This document shows positions 10,896-27,069 of a stretch of DNA of 64,000 bases, piece after piece. The first letter of the stretch is position 1, and every line of letters starts with the position of its first letter. The notes beneath the pieces were generated by a model. The model was not told where the DNA came from. It worked only from the letters and a program-made list of their open reading frames with translations, and made no database searches. Source of the DNA: the human T2T-CHM13v2.0 reference genome, Homo sapiens; NCBI RefSeq assembly GCF_009914755.1, contig NC_060933.1; one strand, 5' to 3'. A program made the position numbers and the translations under genes.

Positions 10896-11841
10896 GCAGT
10901 TCTGAAATGCCCATCTATATCTGTATTTGTGAATGACCTGCAGTGCTGCCGAAGTACTCACCCGAGAATCAGACCTTTATGAACCACTTTTACTGAATTT
11001 GCTATAAATGACCACAGACAGCACTGCATTTGAGAGCCAAAAGGTCTTTTTGAGGTCTGCCAGTCCATTTCCCACTCTACTTTCTCCACAGTGTCTGTGT
11101 GAGTGTGGTCAGTAATAATAGCAATGAGGGATAAAATAGGGCCCTGATCGTCTGGATGGAGGCTCCATGGCTTTATTTCAAACAGAAAACAGGATGGCGA
11201 GCTTTCCATTATAGATCCATATTGAGCATGTCCTTGGAGAATTGATGGTAATTCACTAATGCCTAAATGCATTCTGAAATCCTCATATGCTGGTCTGTTG
11301 CTTGGATTAGTATCGATTCCCTTGTCTCTTACCTAAGACAGTGCACCCTAACTCAAGATGTGCAGCCTTCACCATGGAGGAAGGGAACTATGGGATTTAC
11401 AGTCCTTTCACTCCAAGGTAAGAGAGGCAGCTTTCAGAAACACATTCTCTACTTCAGTGTCGGTGAAGGGGCTGTTTCCCATTACAGTATCAACCATAGT
11501 GCTTTAAATGGGAAAATACCCAAGGGTTTTAACACCTCTGCCAAAATCTGCTGTCCAGGATGAAGCTGTTCCCAGGGAAGGGGGTGAAGAACAACACACA
11601 CACCCATTTCGGAATTCTCAGAGAGACCAAACACAACTGAGAACAGGATCAAAGGAACTATTTCACAGCACAGAGCATCCCACAGGGAGGGCGGTGGGCC
11701 ACAGGGGAATCCCCAGGAGAATGACAGGTTTCTCAATCAGTGACAAGCTCAGTGTTGTGGTAGGCAGATGATCATAACCGATGACCAGCTAATGGCCCAT
11801 CAGAAGCTCCTGTGTTATTCCAGATCCATTGGAAGATTGAC

Positions 11842-11848
<7 letters not shown>

Positions 11849-11881
<33 letters not shown>
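11849..11881. repeat. (TC)n microsatellite
   Basis: Seen directly. Confidence 0.95.
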
Positions 11882-11886
<5 letters not shown>

Positions 11887-12464
11887 CCAGCCTGCCTTCT
11901 CTCTCATAAACATGTCATTAATGTTCATGCTACCAACAGCTGGATCATCTGAGTCCCTCCAGCTGCCTCTCAACTGGCCCAGGGTAACAGAACACCTGAG
12001 CCATTTTCACTTGGGTGTTGGGCCCATCCGTGGCCATATGGTGCCTCAGGCCCTGGAGGCCTCCTTCCCTCAAACCACTTTCCTTACTAGGTGGAAACAT
12101 TCAGAACCCAACCGACATCAACACATTAGCTATTTCCCCTAGGGTTTGTTCAACTGGAAAAAGAACAGTAGTCACTTCTAATGGGCCTGCGCTACCCCTG
12201 GCCTGGTGCAGAGTGGTCTCTGAAATCACATGGCAAGGAAGGGAGGATGACTATCCCATTTAATAGATGAAGAAACTGAACCCTGAAGAGCTTAGGTAAC
12301 TTGGTAACTTATCCATGGTGAACCATCCAGGAAATGGGAAGAAAGATTCAAATGGTGGTGTGACAGTTTATGAGACTTGTGCTCTCCTCACCATGCCCAC
12401 AGCTAGAAGAGCTGAGGAATTAGACATGATAGACATGTACGTATGTATACACATACACACACGA

Positions 12465-12499
12465 ATAGATAGGATGGATGGATGGATGGATGGATAGAT

Positions 12500-12538
<39 letters not shown>

Positions 12539-12547
12539 TTAGATAGA
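12465..12547. repeat. Compound (GGAT)n(AGAT)n tetranucleotide STR
   Basis: Seen directly. Confidence 0.95.
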
Positions 12548-12861
12548 CACAAAAATGCTTCCAGGGATGACCCCTTTGTTTAACATCTATCTTCCTAGAT
12601 GCAGATTCCCCTCTCAATATGTCCATTAGGCCTCTCACCTAGCATTTGGAACTGAGAACATACAATACCCACATCCCTTCAGAGCTTCTTATAAACCCAC
12701 CCATTCCACATTCCAGCCCCTTTGAAAGAGAGCTTTTGACTCTGACTCATGGGATCTTGAGCAACTCTGTTTTTGCAGAGGCTCCTGTGAACATCTCAGC
12801 CCAGCCTTTCACCGGGACCCCACTGGCTTGGAAGGGAAGGTGAGTTGGGGTTCTGTTGCTA

Positions 12862-13113
<252 letters not shown>

Positions 13114-14154
13114 TCACTCTAACTTTTGGCTGAAGTCTGGAAGAAGTAGGATTGTTCATGCTTAGCTCCCATGGTGACCAGAGCTTTTCCCAGCTCTAGA
13201 GACTGGCTTAGACATGCCCAGCCCTTTGTAGAACAAGCAGAGGAAAGCTGAGAGGGGCCCTCTGAATTCAGAAAATCAGAAGTGTCTGCCGAGCAGATCT
13301 TATCAGCCTCCAAAGCTGAGCAGGCTCGGCCTTTTCAAAGAGGCACGAGAAGAAATGAGGAAAGCCACAGGACCCAGTGGCCAGAGCTCCTGGCAGCAGC
13401 TCCCGCACGAGGACAGCCATGGCCACCGTCATCACTAGCTGCATCTCAGGCACATGCTGCCCAAGCTCTGTTTCAAACGGAGAGCCAGGAAACGGACTCA
13501 ATCCATACATAAGGCCAGCCTCATCATTTCTTAGGGGCAGAGAGACACATTAATCAACCTCAGACAGACGCAGTCATTATGAGGCCAGAAAGGCAACTAA
13601 CTGATTCACAACTAGAGCTGTCATCTGTGTAGAGTCTCCCCACTCCAGGGATGGCACACTCAGATGCCTATTGAGGCCAGGCACACAGTGGCCTGTGACA
13701 CGGGCAAGTCACCTGTGCTGGTGCAAGAAGTGCTGGAAGCAGGATGGGACACAGCAGCTCCCTAGAAAGGGGGCAGCCACTGCACAGCTCCAGCCTAGTG
13801 CTGCCACTAGAAAAGCACTTTGTCCAGTTTTTCCAGAAAAATAGCAAGGTGGGAGGCAGGCAGCAGAGCAGTGTGCCAGGTTGCAACCCCTGGCTCAGGC
13901 TCATTTTGTCCCTGTCCTTTCTGTTACTCCACACTGATCAAGCTCTCTTCCAATTTCCTCATCTTCTCAAGGTTCTTTCATTCCAGGCTCAGGCCTGGGA
14001 TCTGTTGTTTCTGAGCAGAGTAACTTTACAGATGTGTGCAGATTCTTTCCGTGCTTCCTTTAGAGTTTAACTCTCAAAAACCAATGTTTTCTCTCCTTCT
14101 CAACTTCTTGGGGGTTTGTGGGGAGCATCTCTCAATCAGTCCCAGTTATCACCT

Positions 14155-14619
14155 TGTGAGGTTAATTTTATGTGTCAACTGGATTGAGCCATGGGATACC
14201 CAGATATCTGGTTCAACATTTTTTCTGGACGAGGGTGATTCTGGAAGAGATTAGCATTTGACTTGGTGGACTGAGTAAAGCAGATGACCCTCCCCAGTGT
14301 GAGTGGACCTCATGCAATCCATTGAGAGACTGAATAGCACACAAAGGCAGAGGAAGCTGAATTCACTCTGCCTGACTGCTTAAGCTGGGACATCAATCTT
14401 CTATCCTCAGTGTTCCTGGTTCTCAGACCTTCAGACTTGGATTGGAATCTACACCATTGACTCTCTGGTTCTCAGGCCTTTGAACTACACCACTGGCTTT
14501 CCTGGGTCTCCAGGTTACAGACAGCAGATCATGGAATACCTCAGCCCTCATAATCACATGGGCCAATTCCTTATAATAAATCTCATTATGTATGAAAGGG
14601 TGTGTGTGCATGCGTGCAT

Positions 14620-14661
<42 letters not shown>

Positions 14662-14700
14662 CCTATTGGTTCTATTTCTCTGGAGAACCTCAACTAATAA
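14155..14700 (+). mobile_element. MLT2 (ERVL) LTR with internal (TG)n at ~14620-14658
   Basis: Starts TGTGAGGTTAATTTTATGTGTCAACT and ends CCTATTGGTTCTATTTCTCTGGAGAACCTCAACTAATA. Confidence 0.88.
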
Positions 14701-15276
14701 ACGTCTCTAGCGCCCAAGTAATTTAATCTTTACTCAGCCACAGGAAGAGCGACATGCGTAATCCCCATTTTAAAGGCAAAGAAATAGAGAATCAGAGAGA
14801 GTGATTAGTGTGCTAAGGTCACAGGGACGCTGTCAACCCCAGAGCACTGGAGCTCACTGTTTCTGAGCCATTGGTTCACTGAAAGCACACTGGATCCATT
14901 GAAGGAATCAGTGGCTCACTGATGTTTTCCTTCACTGTATCTTTGTCTAACATCTGCTTTATGCTGTGCACTGTGCTGTGTGGGCACTGGGGGCATGGTG
15001 GAGGCTCAAATGACAATCTTTGTCCCCAGTTTAGTATTAAATTGTGTGCAGAGGATAAAGGCAGTCCCTAATAAGTTTCTAATTTGGAGTTGCTATGCAT
15101 TCTGTCAAAGGAACAATATTATACTCATTGGGTAAGGACTCAGACTAGCTGCCTAATCTAGTGCCTCTCACACTTTAACGTGCACATGAATTACTTGAAG
15201 AGTTTGTTAAAATTGATTCTGATTCAAAGGGTCTTGGATGGGCTTGAGATTCTGTATTTCTAATAAGCTCCAGGGG

Positions 15277-15594
<318 letters not shown>

Positions 15595-15774
15595 TAAGTT
15601 CCAGGGGATGCTGTGGTGCAGCTCCATCAGCCACACTTTGAGTAATAAGGTTCTAAACCAGTGGGCTTCTGGATCCTACCCCAGACCCAATGAAATCAGA
15701 ATCTAGGCCCTCACCAAAACTTGTATGTGAATGTTCATAATAACACTATTCATTATAGCTAGAAAGTGAAAACA

Positions 15775-16072
15775 GGGCAGGGCACAGAGGCTCACGTCTG
15801 TACTCCCAGCATTTGGGAGGCCGAGGCAGGCGGATAGCCTGAGGTCAGGAGTTCCAGAACAGCCTGGCCAACATGGCAAAACCCAGTCTCTACTAAAAAT
15901 ACAAAAATTAGCTAGGCGTGCTGGCTTGTGCCTGTAATCCTAGCTACTTGGGAGGTTGAGGCAGGAAAATTGCTTGAACCCAGGAGGCAGAAGCTGCAAT
16001 GAGCAGAGATCACACCACTGCACTCCAGCCTGAGCGACAGAGCAAGACGCCATCTCAAAAAAAAAAAAAAAA
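15775..16072 (+). mobile_element. AluSx-like, inserted in an L1MB 3' fragment (~15710-16490)
   Basis: Full dimer with TSD AAAGTG(A/C)AAACA. L1M 3' sequence continues on both sides. Confidence 0.93.
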
Positions 16073-16499
16073 GTGCAAACAAGCCAAATGTCCCCCAGCT
16101 GACGAATACATAAAAGAAATGTGGCATTTCCATACACTGGAATATCATCCAACCATAACAAAAATGAAAAGCTGAAGATGCTACAACAGGGATGAACTTT
16201 GAAAGCATTATGCTAAGTGAAAAGACGCCAGACCCAAAAGGCTACACATTGCATGCTTTGATTTATATGAAACAACCAGAATGGACAAATCTATAGAGAC
16301 AGAAAACAGATAAGTGGTTGCCAGGAACTTGGGAGAAAAGAGAATACTGGATGACCACTTGGGTGCAAAATTTCCTACTGGGGTGATGAAAATGTTTTGG
16401 AATCAGATCATGGTGTTAGTGGCACAAATCTGTGCACATACTAAACTGTACACTTCAATATCTGTCAAAATAAACTATTTTGAAAATCCAAATTGTCTT

Positions 16500-16685
16500 A
16501 GAGTGGTGGTTCTCAAAATTTGGCATGCTTCAGAATTACCTGGAGGGCTTATGAAAATAGATTGCTGGACCCAACTGCCGGAGGTTTCTGATTCAGTAGG
16601 TCTTGGACAGACACCAAGAATCTGCATTTATAACAAGTTCCCAGGGGATGCTGACATTGCTGGCCCAGGGACCTCACTTTGAGGA
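16500..16685. mobile_element. MER5A
   Basis: GTGGTTCTCAAA...CAGAATTACCTGGAGGGCTT...TTCTGATTCAGTAGGTCT...AACAAGTTCCCAGG. Confidence 0.88.
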
Positions 16686-18134
16686 CAGGCCCAAGACTAT
16701 TCAGAATAGCAAGGTCACACAAATGCTTTAAATGATTAAATCTTAGCCCTTTTTAAGGACTGTAAACTACCAGGCCAAATACCATGAAGTTTCTTTTCTG
16801 TGTATTCAATGTATGCATCAAACATAAAAGCATTTCTTTCTACTTTTTGATGAGTTTGGCCATGAAAAATAGTTTCAAATAACTATTTATTGATAAATGA
16901 GAGGCTTGAGTTGTAATCCCATAACTCAGAAATCAATTTGGCAAGAGCTTCCTGAGAAAAGAAAAGCAGCTTTCACGTCAGACTTTGGGGCTGTGCCCAT
17001 ATCAGTGATCTCAGGAGATAATCAAGAATTACTGTGGATTCAACATAATCCACTGAGTCTTGTAAATGGTTTCACATTAAGGATGCTCATTTTTTTTTAT
17101 ATAATAGCTACCAAAAAATAATGCATCTCCCTTTAGTGTCATTCCTGCATAAAAAGATTAAGCAACAAAAACCCATGAGGGTCTGAGTCATAAATTATTG
17201 TGCTGCCATTAATAAAATTGCATCTCTACATGGATTGGAAGATGCTACTTCTAAAAAAAATTAAAATCAACATTCTTTTTGTAACATTCAATTGTATAGA
17301 GCATTTACAAAAGCCCCAGAAATCTAAAGGATTGTAAGATGATTGCTTATATGGAGAGATAAAGGATAAAAAATGATTTCAAATATCACTTTTGTGGTTA
17401 TTTTTATTATTTTGTGATTTTAAATTTGCCTTTTTCTTAACATTTCTTTACTCTTAAGCATGGTCATGAATATGATCGTAACTTCTCACATATTAAATTC
17501 TTCTCAAACTTTAGATTAATCTTATAATAAAATAACAATTTATCATACAAGAAAAACTAAATGCCTTCAAGATAAGAATTCAAACCATAAGTACCTGGGG
17601 CATTCCACAGTTTCTCAATTCGTTTAGAATTCTAAGGACTGTGTTTACTAAGAAAAGTCCATTTCTACTTGTATAAGGGCAGTGGAACATCTTAATTACC
17701 TTTGGAAACTCAAAGGGTCACGATATTCCACTATTCATACCTGAGCTATTTAGTCAAACGTAGGAAAATGTTAGCAAATACAACTGAGAGGGGCGAGAAA
17801 CTAGGGTTATTAACTGAAATGCTGTACTCTTTTACTTTCAAATAGGACTTTTTTCAACAACAAAATGTCCATCCTTAATTTATATTGTGACACATACTCA
17901 ATTTTTATCCTCCAGACAAAATTATAAAGAGAACAAATGACAAAAGTGAGGCATTAGGATTTGATTTGATCTTTCTAATTACACTGTTAGCACCCTGAGG
18001 GCAGGAAAAATAGCTCGCTCGCTCTCTCCTCTCTCTCTCTCTTCTCTCTCTCTCTCTTTTTGGCAGCTAATTCAGTCACTGCCCCCTGGGTAGTAACAGC
18101 AAGTGAGAACAAATTTATCAAATAAATAATTAAA

Positions 18135-18450
18135 ATTTTCAATCCAAAATCAGACCAAGGCTACATACTATACCATTCCATTTACATGAAATGTCCAGAA
18201 TGGGTAAATCCATAGAAACCAAAAGTAGATTAGTGGTTGCCAGGGGCTTGGATGGGGACTAGGGTGGAGAATAGGGAGTGACTTCTATGGGGTACATGGT
18301 TTCTTTTGAGGGTGATGAAAACTTCTAGAATTAGATGGTGGGGAGGGTTGTCCAACACTGTGAATGTACTGAATGCCACTGCATTATACACTTTAAAATG
18401 GTGAGATACATTTATGTCATGTGAATTTTACCTCAATGAAAAGAAAAAAC
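18135..18450 (+). mobile_element. L1MB 3' end
   Basis: AGTAGATTAGTGGTTGCCAGGGGCT...GAGGGTGATGAAAA...TACACTTTAAAATGG. Confidence 0.85.
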
Positions 18451-19435
18451 CAGGCCATATTGCAAAATCCCAACCACTGCTTATAACGTCCATTATCTAT
18501 TACCCTCATTTCCACACACACACACCCTCTCTCCCCATCTCCCACGCCCAGCACAAACCTTACTAAATGACTGTGAGGAAATTAATAATAGAGAGCAGAA
18601 CCACCTGCTCCCTCCCAAAGTCACCTCCATGCCACTAATGGTCAAGCTTACCAGAGACCCTGGATAATAACAAGGAAGCAAAATATCCAAGAACCCAAAA
18701 CCTCCCCCTGCCAATGATCAGAGCAGATTACACTTGCTTTTCTGTTGCATCTATCTGTACCTAAGCAGCTTATTTTGAGAGATGATTATAGCAAGTGATT
18801 TTTGTGGTCACCAAGCCAGAGCCTCATCTAGAGTTAAGCGCACAGCAGCGCTCTCTCTCCCATCCTCCTAGAATCCTGCTCACAACATGTGCCCAGGTTA
18901 TTCAAGGAAGCCAAACCCCCAGAAGGTACGCTGAAGCTGTAGCCCCAACAGAGGGAGGTGAGAAGGGAGGAGGTCCAAGGACTCAAAAATTCGGAGAGTT
19001 GGGCTGAGAAGAGTCTGAGTGGAGGGAAGCCTGCCTCCCAGTCGGTCATTCAGCAAGCGGAAGGCAGGATGACAGACAATGCATTCTGCCAGGCGATCTT
19101 TTCCCTCCCAGAAAAGCTGAGATCCAAAAGATAGACTAGGGACTGTACTGGGTATGAATTTGCCCATGTCTCGAAGACAGACGCCTCCTATTTATTTTTA
19201 GCACCCCACTGTCAGATGTTTTCAGAGAACACCTCCCCCATCATAGCCAGTGCTTTTTTCTGCAGTTAATTACACTCTCAATGACAATTGTTTTTTTAAA
19301 AAATCCCAAAACAATTCAGTGTAAGAGAAGCATTCCAAGCAAAAACGCTGAATTCCAAGCTTGCAACACTGAGACGGTCAGCTCTAGACAGGAGGCCCAT
19401 CTAGCCTGCAAGACCAAAGAGATTCTGGCTGGTTA

Positions 19436-19642
<207 letters not shown>

Positions 19643-20131
19643 CTAGCCTGGGGAGTGGGGGCCAGGAGGGGGTGATTGTTTTGGAAGAAGCAGATATGAT
19701 GCCCAAGAAAACAAAGCGACAGCAACAACAAAACTCAAAGAAAATGCTTGACAGGACTCCCAGAGCAAATGTAGAATACCAGCAACCCAGTCAGTGAGCT
19801 CATTTTTCCACATCACAGCTCGCCTTCATTCCTTCATTCTCTCCAGCACACAGCTCCAGAGAACACTTCTCTTCTGATTCTTCCCACCCCTTGTGACAAA
19901 CAAATTGCACATAAGCACCATTCAAGTTGCTGGGCTCACAAAAGATTTTTTTAGCCTGTGAGGTGGAAAAAAAAATGTCACTGCACATGACTAGTTTTCC
20001 CAAAATGATGGTGTCTCTGAATTAAAATTAAGGTTTAAAAAATGGAGTCAGCCATGCAGAGATCCTACTTTGCAGATTTTTAGTATTATCTATCTATAAA
20101 GGCAGTCACCTGTATGAAAATAAACACTGTT

Positions 20132-20495
<364 letters not shown>

Positions 20496-21120
20496 TTATA
20501 ACTTTCTGGTTTCCCTGAAGGGAAAATCCTATGTAGGCTGCAATTCTGGTTGAGGTTCATGATTCTGGAGTGTTCTAATTTGCCTCAAATATCCAGAACT
20601 CACCCAACCAATGGGGATTCTACAGGACTTCCAAGATCTTCCATTATAAGATCACTACCGACTTGTAATATTACACTGATAAATGCATACCAGTGTAGTG
20701 AGATGCATTCAGATTTCAGTTAACATATAAAATGAACATCTTAAATCAAGGAAATAAAATAGTTAGCATTACTATTTCCATGGATTGGACATACCACTCA
20801 TTTGCTTCTGTATCAGTAAAGCTACTTGGGATCAGTTCTCAGTCTACATCCAAATGTGAATATGAAACAACATCCTATTTTACCCAAATTCATCTTTCAA
20901 GATACGCAGGGGTTAAACTGCCATCCAATTCTACACTGTCTGGACTACTCCAGATGTAGACGAATCCTTTACATAAGAAGAGCCACAGGGTTCTTGAATA
21001 TGAATGTATAATAAGAATAATTTAATATGAAAAACAATTATTAAAAAGGATTTGATAGCATCTAAATTACAAAAAAAAAGAGCAGCATCTTGCTGATGAT
21101 CTCAGCAGAGAAAAACTGAT

Positions 21121-21124
<4 letters not shown>

Positions 21125-21155
<31 letters not shown>
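21125..21155. repeat. (CA)n microsatellite
   Basis: Seen directly. Confidence 0.95.
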
Positions 21156-21158
<3 letters not shown>

Positions 21159-21444
21159 AACTCTTTTCATTCAACGCCCTACTTCCCTACCAACAACTAG
21201 CAAAATTCTTAACTGAGATGAGTGCTCCTAACCTGATCCTATGTTCCCAAGATTTAAGAAAAGAACCTTTTTTTTTTCCTGAAGCACTAGGAGAAAATAG
21301 ATACCTTCTACATAGCAAAGAAAAAGCTTAGAAAAATACATCATTCATCTTTAATGATATCTAGAAATTCAGTTCTAATACAAAATAATTTATCTTTAAA
21401 CATTTCCCAGCTTTCTTTTAAGTTTGTTTAAAGTACCATCTTTA

Positions 21445-21489
21445 ATAGAGATAGATAGAGATAGGTAGATAGATGATTGATAGATACAT

Positions 21490-21539
<50 letters not shown>
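21445..21539. repeat. (AGAT)n tetranucleotide STR
   Basis: About 12 pure units plus a degenerate flank. Confidence 0.95.
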
Positions 21540-21599
21540 CATGCCATCCTGCTTCATTATTCACTTTGTCTCTAATCCTGCCCCATCTGTCTCAGGTTC

Positions 21600-22065
21600 G
21601 TTCCTATCCAACTTCATTACACCCCAAATTCTCCAACCCATATTAACAACTTTCATCTACATTCTTCCCCTCCTTTTGCCATCCTCACACAAATATATGC
21701 CAACATGATTGTATTATATATGTAGAGAGATTTTTAATTTATTCTAACAAAATAAGATCATACTGTACATGTTTCTCTCACTTTCCTCACTTAACGCTAT
21801 ATCCTGCCCATCCCTCCAGGACAGTAGATAGAGATCTCACTTAATGTCTATAGTAACTACAGAATAGTTCATATTATGAATACACCAGAGTGTACTCAAT
21901 TATTCCCTTTTAATTGTCATTTAGGTTGTTTTCACACTTTTGCAATTCAAACTATTCTACATCAAACCATATCCATCCTTGTGCACAGATCGCTATATGC
22001 TTGTATTTTTATTTCTATAATGTAGACTCTCAAAAGTTGAATTGTTGGATCAATAGGTATGGGAA
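21600..22065 (-). mobile_element. Old L1ME fragment
   Basis: CATTTAGGTTGTTTTCACACTTTTGC...AAAAGTTGAATTGTTGGATCAATAGGTATG resembles reverse L1. Confidence 0.6.
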
Positions 22066-23733
22066 AATGTTTTAAAGAGAGCAGAAAAATAAAGTCCCCT
22101 GACTATCAGCAATTTATAAAAAGGAAGATCACAGAAAATGGCCCCAAACGAGAGCTGTCCTTTCTCTCCTTCCTGAAGCATTAACTTCTTAGTGTCGTAA
22201 GTTGGCTTCAATAAGCATCGGAGCTCCTCAGATACAAATAGTGACTCACACTTGTTCCAAAGGATCAGGCAATGAGGCCCAGAACTGCTCCCCAGTGCTC
22301 TCCTTGACTATGTCTGAGTGTAGGAAGCCTTCCCACCCAGTTCTCCTCACTTCAAGCTCTGAGGCTCCAGGAAGGTCTAGTGCTTCTCCCACGTACATGA
22401 AGAGTCCTTCCATCATCTGAAGATGACACTTGTGGGCCTTCTGAGTCTTCCCTAAAATAAACATCCTGGTCCTCTTCATTTGAAGCAGTTCTGAGTGGCC
22501 TTCACCAGCCGGCCCCTCCACCCTAAGTAGATTCTTGTCTGCTCTATGCTTCCTCAAGCCAGGGGCCCTAGGATTGCCAGCTTCATTCTGGACATAATCG
22601 TCGTCTCCTGTCAATGGTCTCCTCTCAGTGTTGATTTACCCTGAGTTTACAATAGGCCCACAGTCTTAATTCTTTTCATATCTGCTGTTGCTGAGTCACA
22701 CAGAACAAGCCACTATGTTCCTGACATCTCCCTCCATTTGCTGGGATATGATCACAGAAGAAATCAATACAAGGTGCTCAAGATATGCTCACTATTGAAC
22801 CCCTTGGCAGAGAAGGGATGAGAGCTGGCGGCAGGAAAAACAAGAGGAGGCACTTTTCAAGTTTAACATTTTCTATTTTTTTTCTACCATCATATATGCC
22901 CTACTGTGTTTTTCTCTCATATCTAGCCAACATCATTGACCCCATGTCACCAATAAAAGAAGAGTGTCCCTGTAAGTTGGAAGAACCACTCAGTTCTGTC
23001 ACAGTGATCCAGGAGTAGTGCCAGAGACCTGAACTGATGAGAAGGTCAATGTCTTCATCCAGGCCTGACGAGGCCACTGCAGTGGGGTGGGGGAGGGGGG
23101 GCACTTTTTCTTTAAGAAACTTACTTAAGGTTCTATTAATAGATGCAAAAATTATATTATTATTTTATAAAGTAGTACTGCTAAAGAATGTTCCTTCACA
23201 GGGCTGGAACAAGCTGAAAAGATAAATAATTTCCCCCAAAATGCTGATCTAGTTATGGATGACAAGATGCATGAGGGTATAGAATAATATGTCTTGTTCA
23301 GCTTTTTATCCCCAGAGCTGATTATTGATAAAAGGTTGATTTTCTGAGTGTGTGGATAAATGAATTTGTGAATGATAAACCCCAGGCTCTGAGGCAGATG
23401 TCTAGAGGAACACTGAGGCCCTGCCATCACATTCATCCCTTGGTCCCTCTGACAGAATCAAAATACAGATCTAGAAAAGTTTGTCATCTGGATCACTACA
23501 GCAATTCCTGAGATTTACATTTTGAAAGCCTCTTTTCTCAGCTTCTGTTCTTCCCACTCAATATCTGGAATAAAATTCAGGGACTCTGGAGTTGGTTACG
23601 ATAGTTACTTCTAGAGGCAGGATTGATTAGTTCAATCAGCAATGATCTATTGTTATAGGTAACAGACACAGTTTTAGATGTTGTACATTCATTGCACAAA
23701 TGTTAGCAGCTGTGAACAGACAAAAATTTTGTC

Positions 23734-24470
<737 letters not shown>

Positions 24471-26077
24471 GAAATTCTGTCTTCATGGAGGACACATTCA
24501 GTAGGGGTAAACAGGTATAAAAATCAAAATAAATATGTGAAATACCAGGACAGTAGAAGGTCATATGTGCTATGGGAAAGAATAAAGCCAAGAAGATGTA
24601 ACAGATGAGAGAAGACTGCCACCTCTGCTCCCTTTTCCCATCCCCACTCCAATCAAACCCATGAAGTACGTGCAATTCTTTTTACTACCTTGAAAAAAAA
24701 TAAAACACTCAAAAATCAAATCATTTAAAATTGTAAGTCATTGAACAAGGAGGTTGGGGGTCATCTTTAACCCCAAGTGTGGTGGCAATGGTTTGGGGTC
24801 AGAAGTCCAGCATTTGAGCACTGTGGTGCACCCACACCAGCTGTATGACTGCTGGAAAAGGAGCCTTCTCAGATGCAACATGGAAGCCCCCACTTACTCC
24901 CTGGGACATGTCCAAGGTCCTGAATCCCCTTGTGCAGCGATGACTAACCCCTTCTCCAAGCTGCTAAGTGTCTACGCAATCCAGCTTCCATGTGTTCTTA
25001 TTCTTAAATTACAGGGAAAGGGGAATGACGTAAAGAAAGATCCTTCTCTGTGCCAAACATTTGGTGCAGAATCAGTACAGGAAATGTCTGATGAAGGAGC
25101 TATCTGCGCAAACCCACAGCCTGTATTGGAGCCCTCTCCCAACAGTATTATCATGAACAGCCACTGTGCATCTTTACTAGACTGGGCAGCATGGTCACCC
25201 CATGGGAGAAGACATCCTGGCCCTGTCTAATGTGGTGCTCAGGCTTCAGCACCCTTGACAGGGGTACACAGGGTGGTGAAAACCCCAAATCCCCCAGAGG
25301 ATGAGCCCCTGAGTTTTGAAGAGGATGTCCCAACAGTGATCTTGAGAAAGCCACCTAATTTCTCTTTCCTGCTCTGCAGAGGTCACAGTGCCAGTGCCAG
25401 CCATCATGTCTACCTTCCAGATGTGTTTGGGTGGATCCAAATGGCTCCTGGAACGTGTACACAGGGCATTATCTAAATGTGAGATTGTGTTCTGTTGAGA
25501 TAAACACTCCTACCAGAAGAAGAGAAGGAAAATGGGAGGTGGAAATAGGAGGGAGGGAATGGGGAAGACTGAATTGAATTCAACTCAACAGCTGAAAAGC
25601 ATTAACTCAGCCATGTAAGTGCTAAAAACAGAGCATACCACCAGAGTAGCAGAGAAGGGGGAAAAAGTGAAATCCACTTTGAAATGCCAAGAGCTTGTAA
25701 TTGCACTGAGAACAGCAGGGCTCCTCTCTCACAGCCAACTGATAGCTGCCAGACAAGGGCTGGGGAGCCAAGTGTCTCCTCGGGGCAGCTCAGTGGCCCC
25801 TTTTGTGTCAGCAAATCCCAGGGTAGCATCATTTTGCTGATTTGATAACACTGAGAACATGGAGAGAGGTACAGCTGTTTATAAAACAGAGACAGAATTT
25901 CTCATCTCCACATTGAGCCATTGCCCAGAAATGGAGTTGATAGGAAACGATTAAATTGAGCAAGATCCTGGGTGAAAGGGAAAAAGGGACTTTCTTTCTA
26001 TTTCTGACCAACAACCTCAGTCAAATCTTTTAAAGATCAGATAGGATTTTTTGAGAGAGAAGCATCACTCAGCAGCA

Positions 26078-26383
<306 letters not shown>

Positions 26384-26549
26384 AGCAGCTTTTTTTTTTT
26401 CTTAAAACCAAACGTTTTCCTCCAGTCATCATAAAGAATCATGGGGAAATCAGAAGCGTAATTTCAGGACTATACATACAAACTCACAATGTTTCTCATA
26501 TACATTCTGATTTACAGCTAGGAAAAATCTCCCCAATTTCCTTTTTAAC

Positions 26550-27021
26550 AATTTTTTTTTATTTCGATAGGTTTTTGGGAAAACAGGTGGTGTTGGTTAC
26601 ATGAATAAGTTCTTTAGTGGTGATTTCTGGGATTTGGGTGCACCCATCACCCAAGTGGTATATACTGTACCCAATGTGTAGTCTGTTATCCCTCACCACC
26701 CCCAACCCTTTGTCCCGAGTCCCCAAAGTCCGTCATATCATTTTTATGCCTTGTAGCTTAGCTCATAGCTTAGCTCCCACATACGAGTGATAACATGCGA
26801 TGTTTGGTTTTCCATTCCTGAAATACTCAATTAGAGTCTTCAATTCCTGCAAATGCCATTAATTCATTCCTTTTTATGGCTGAGTAGTATTCCATGGTGT
26901 ATATATATATCTATCTATCATGGTAATATATATATTACATTATATATATTATGTATATATATAACATACATGGAATATATATATTACATTATATATATTA
27001 TGTATATATATAACATACATG

Positions 27022-27069
<48 letters not shown>

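Noticed and set aside
14873-14917. Imperfect hairpin TGAGCCATTGGTTC...GAATCAGTGGCTCA as a miRNA candidate
   Set aside because: The stem is too short and the loop too large for a Drosha substrate.
24754-25230. 158-aa ORF in apparently unique sequence
   Set aside because: Starts at TTG, lies antisense in an intron, has no recognisable domain and no splice or retrocopy hallmarks.
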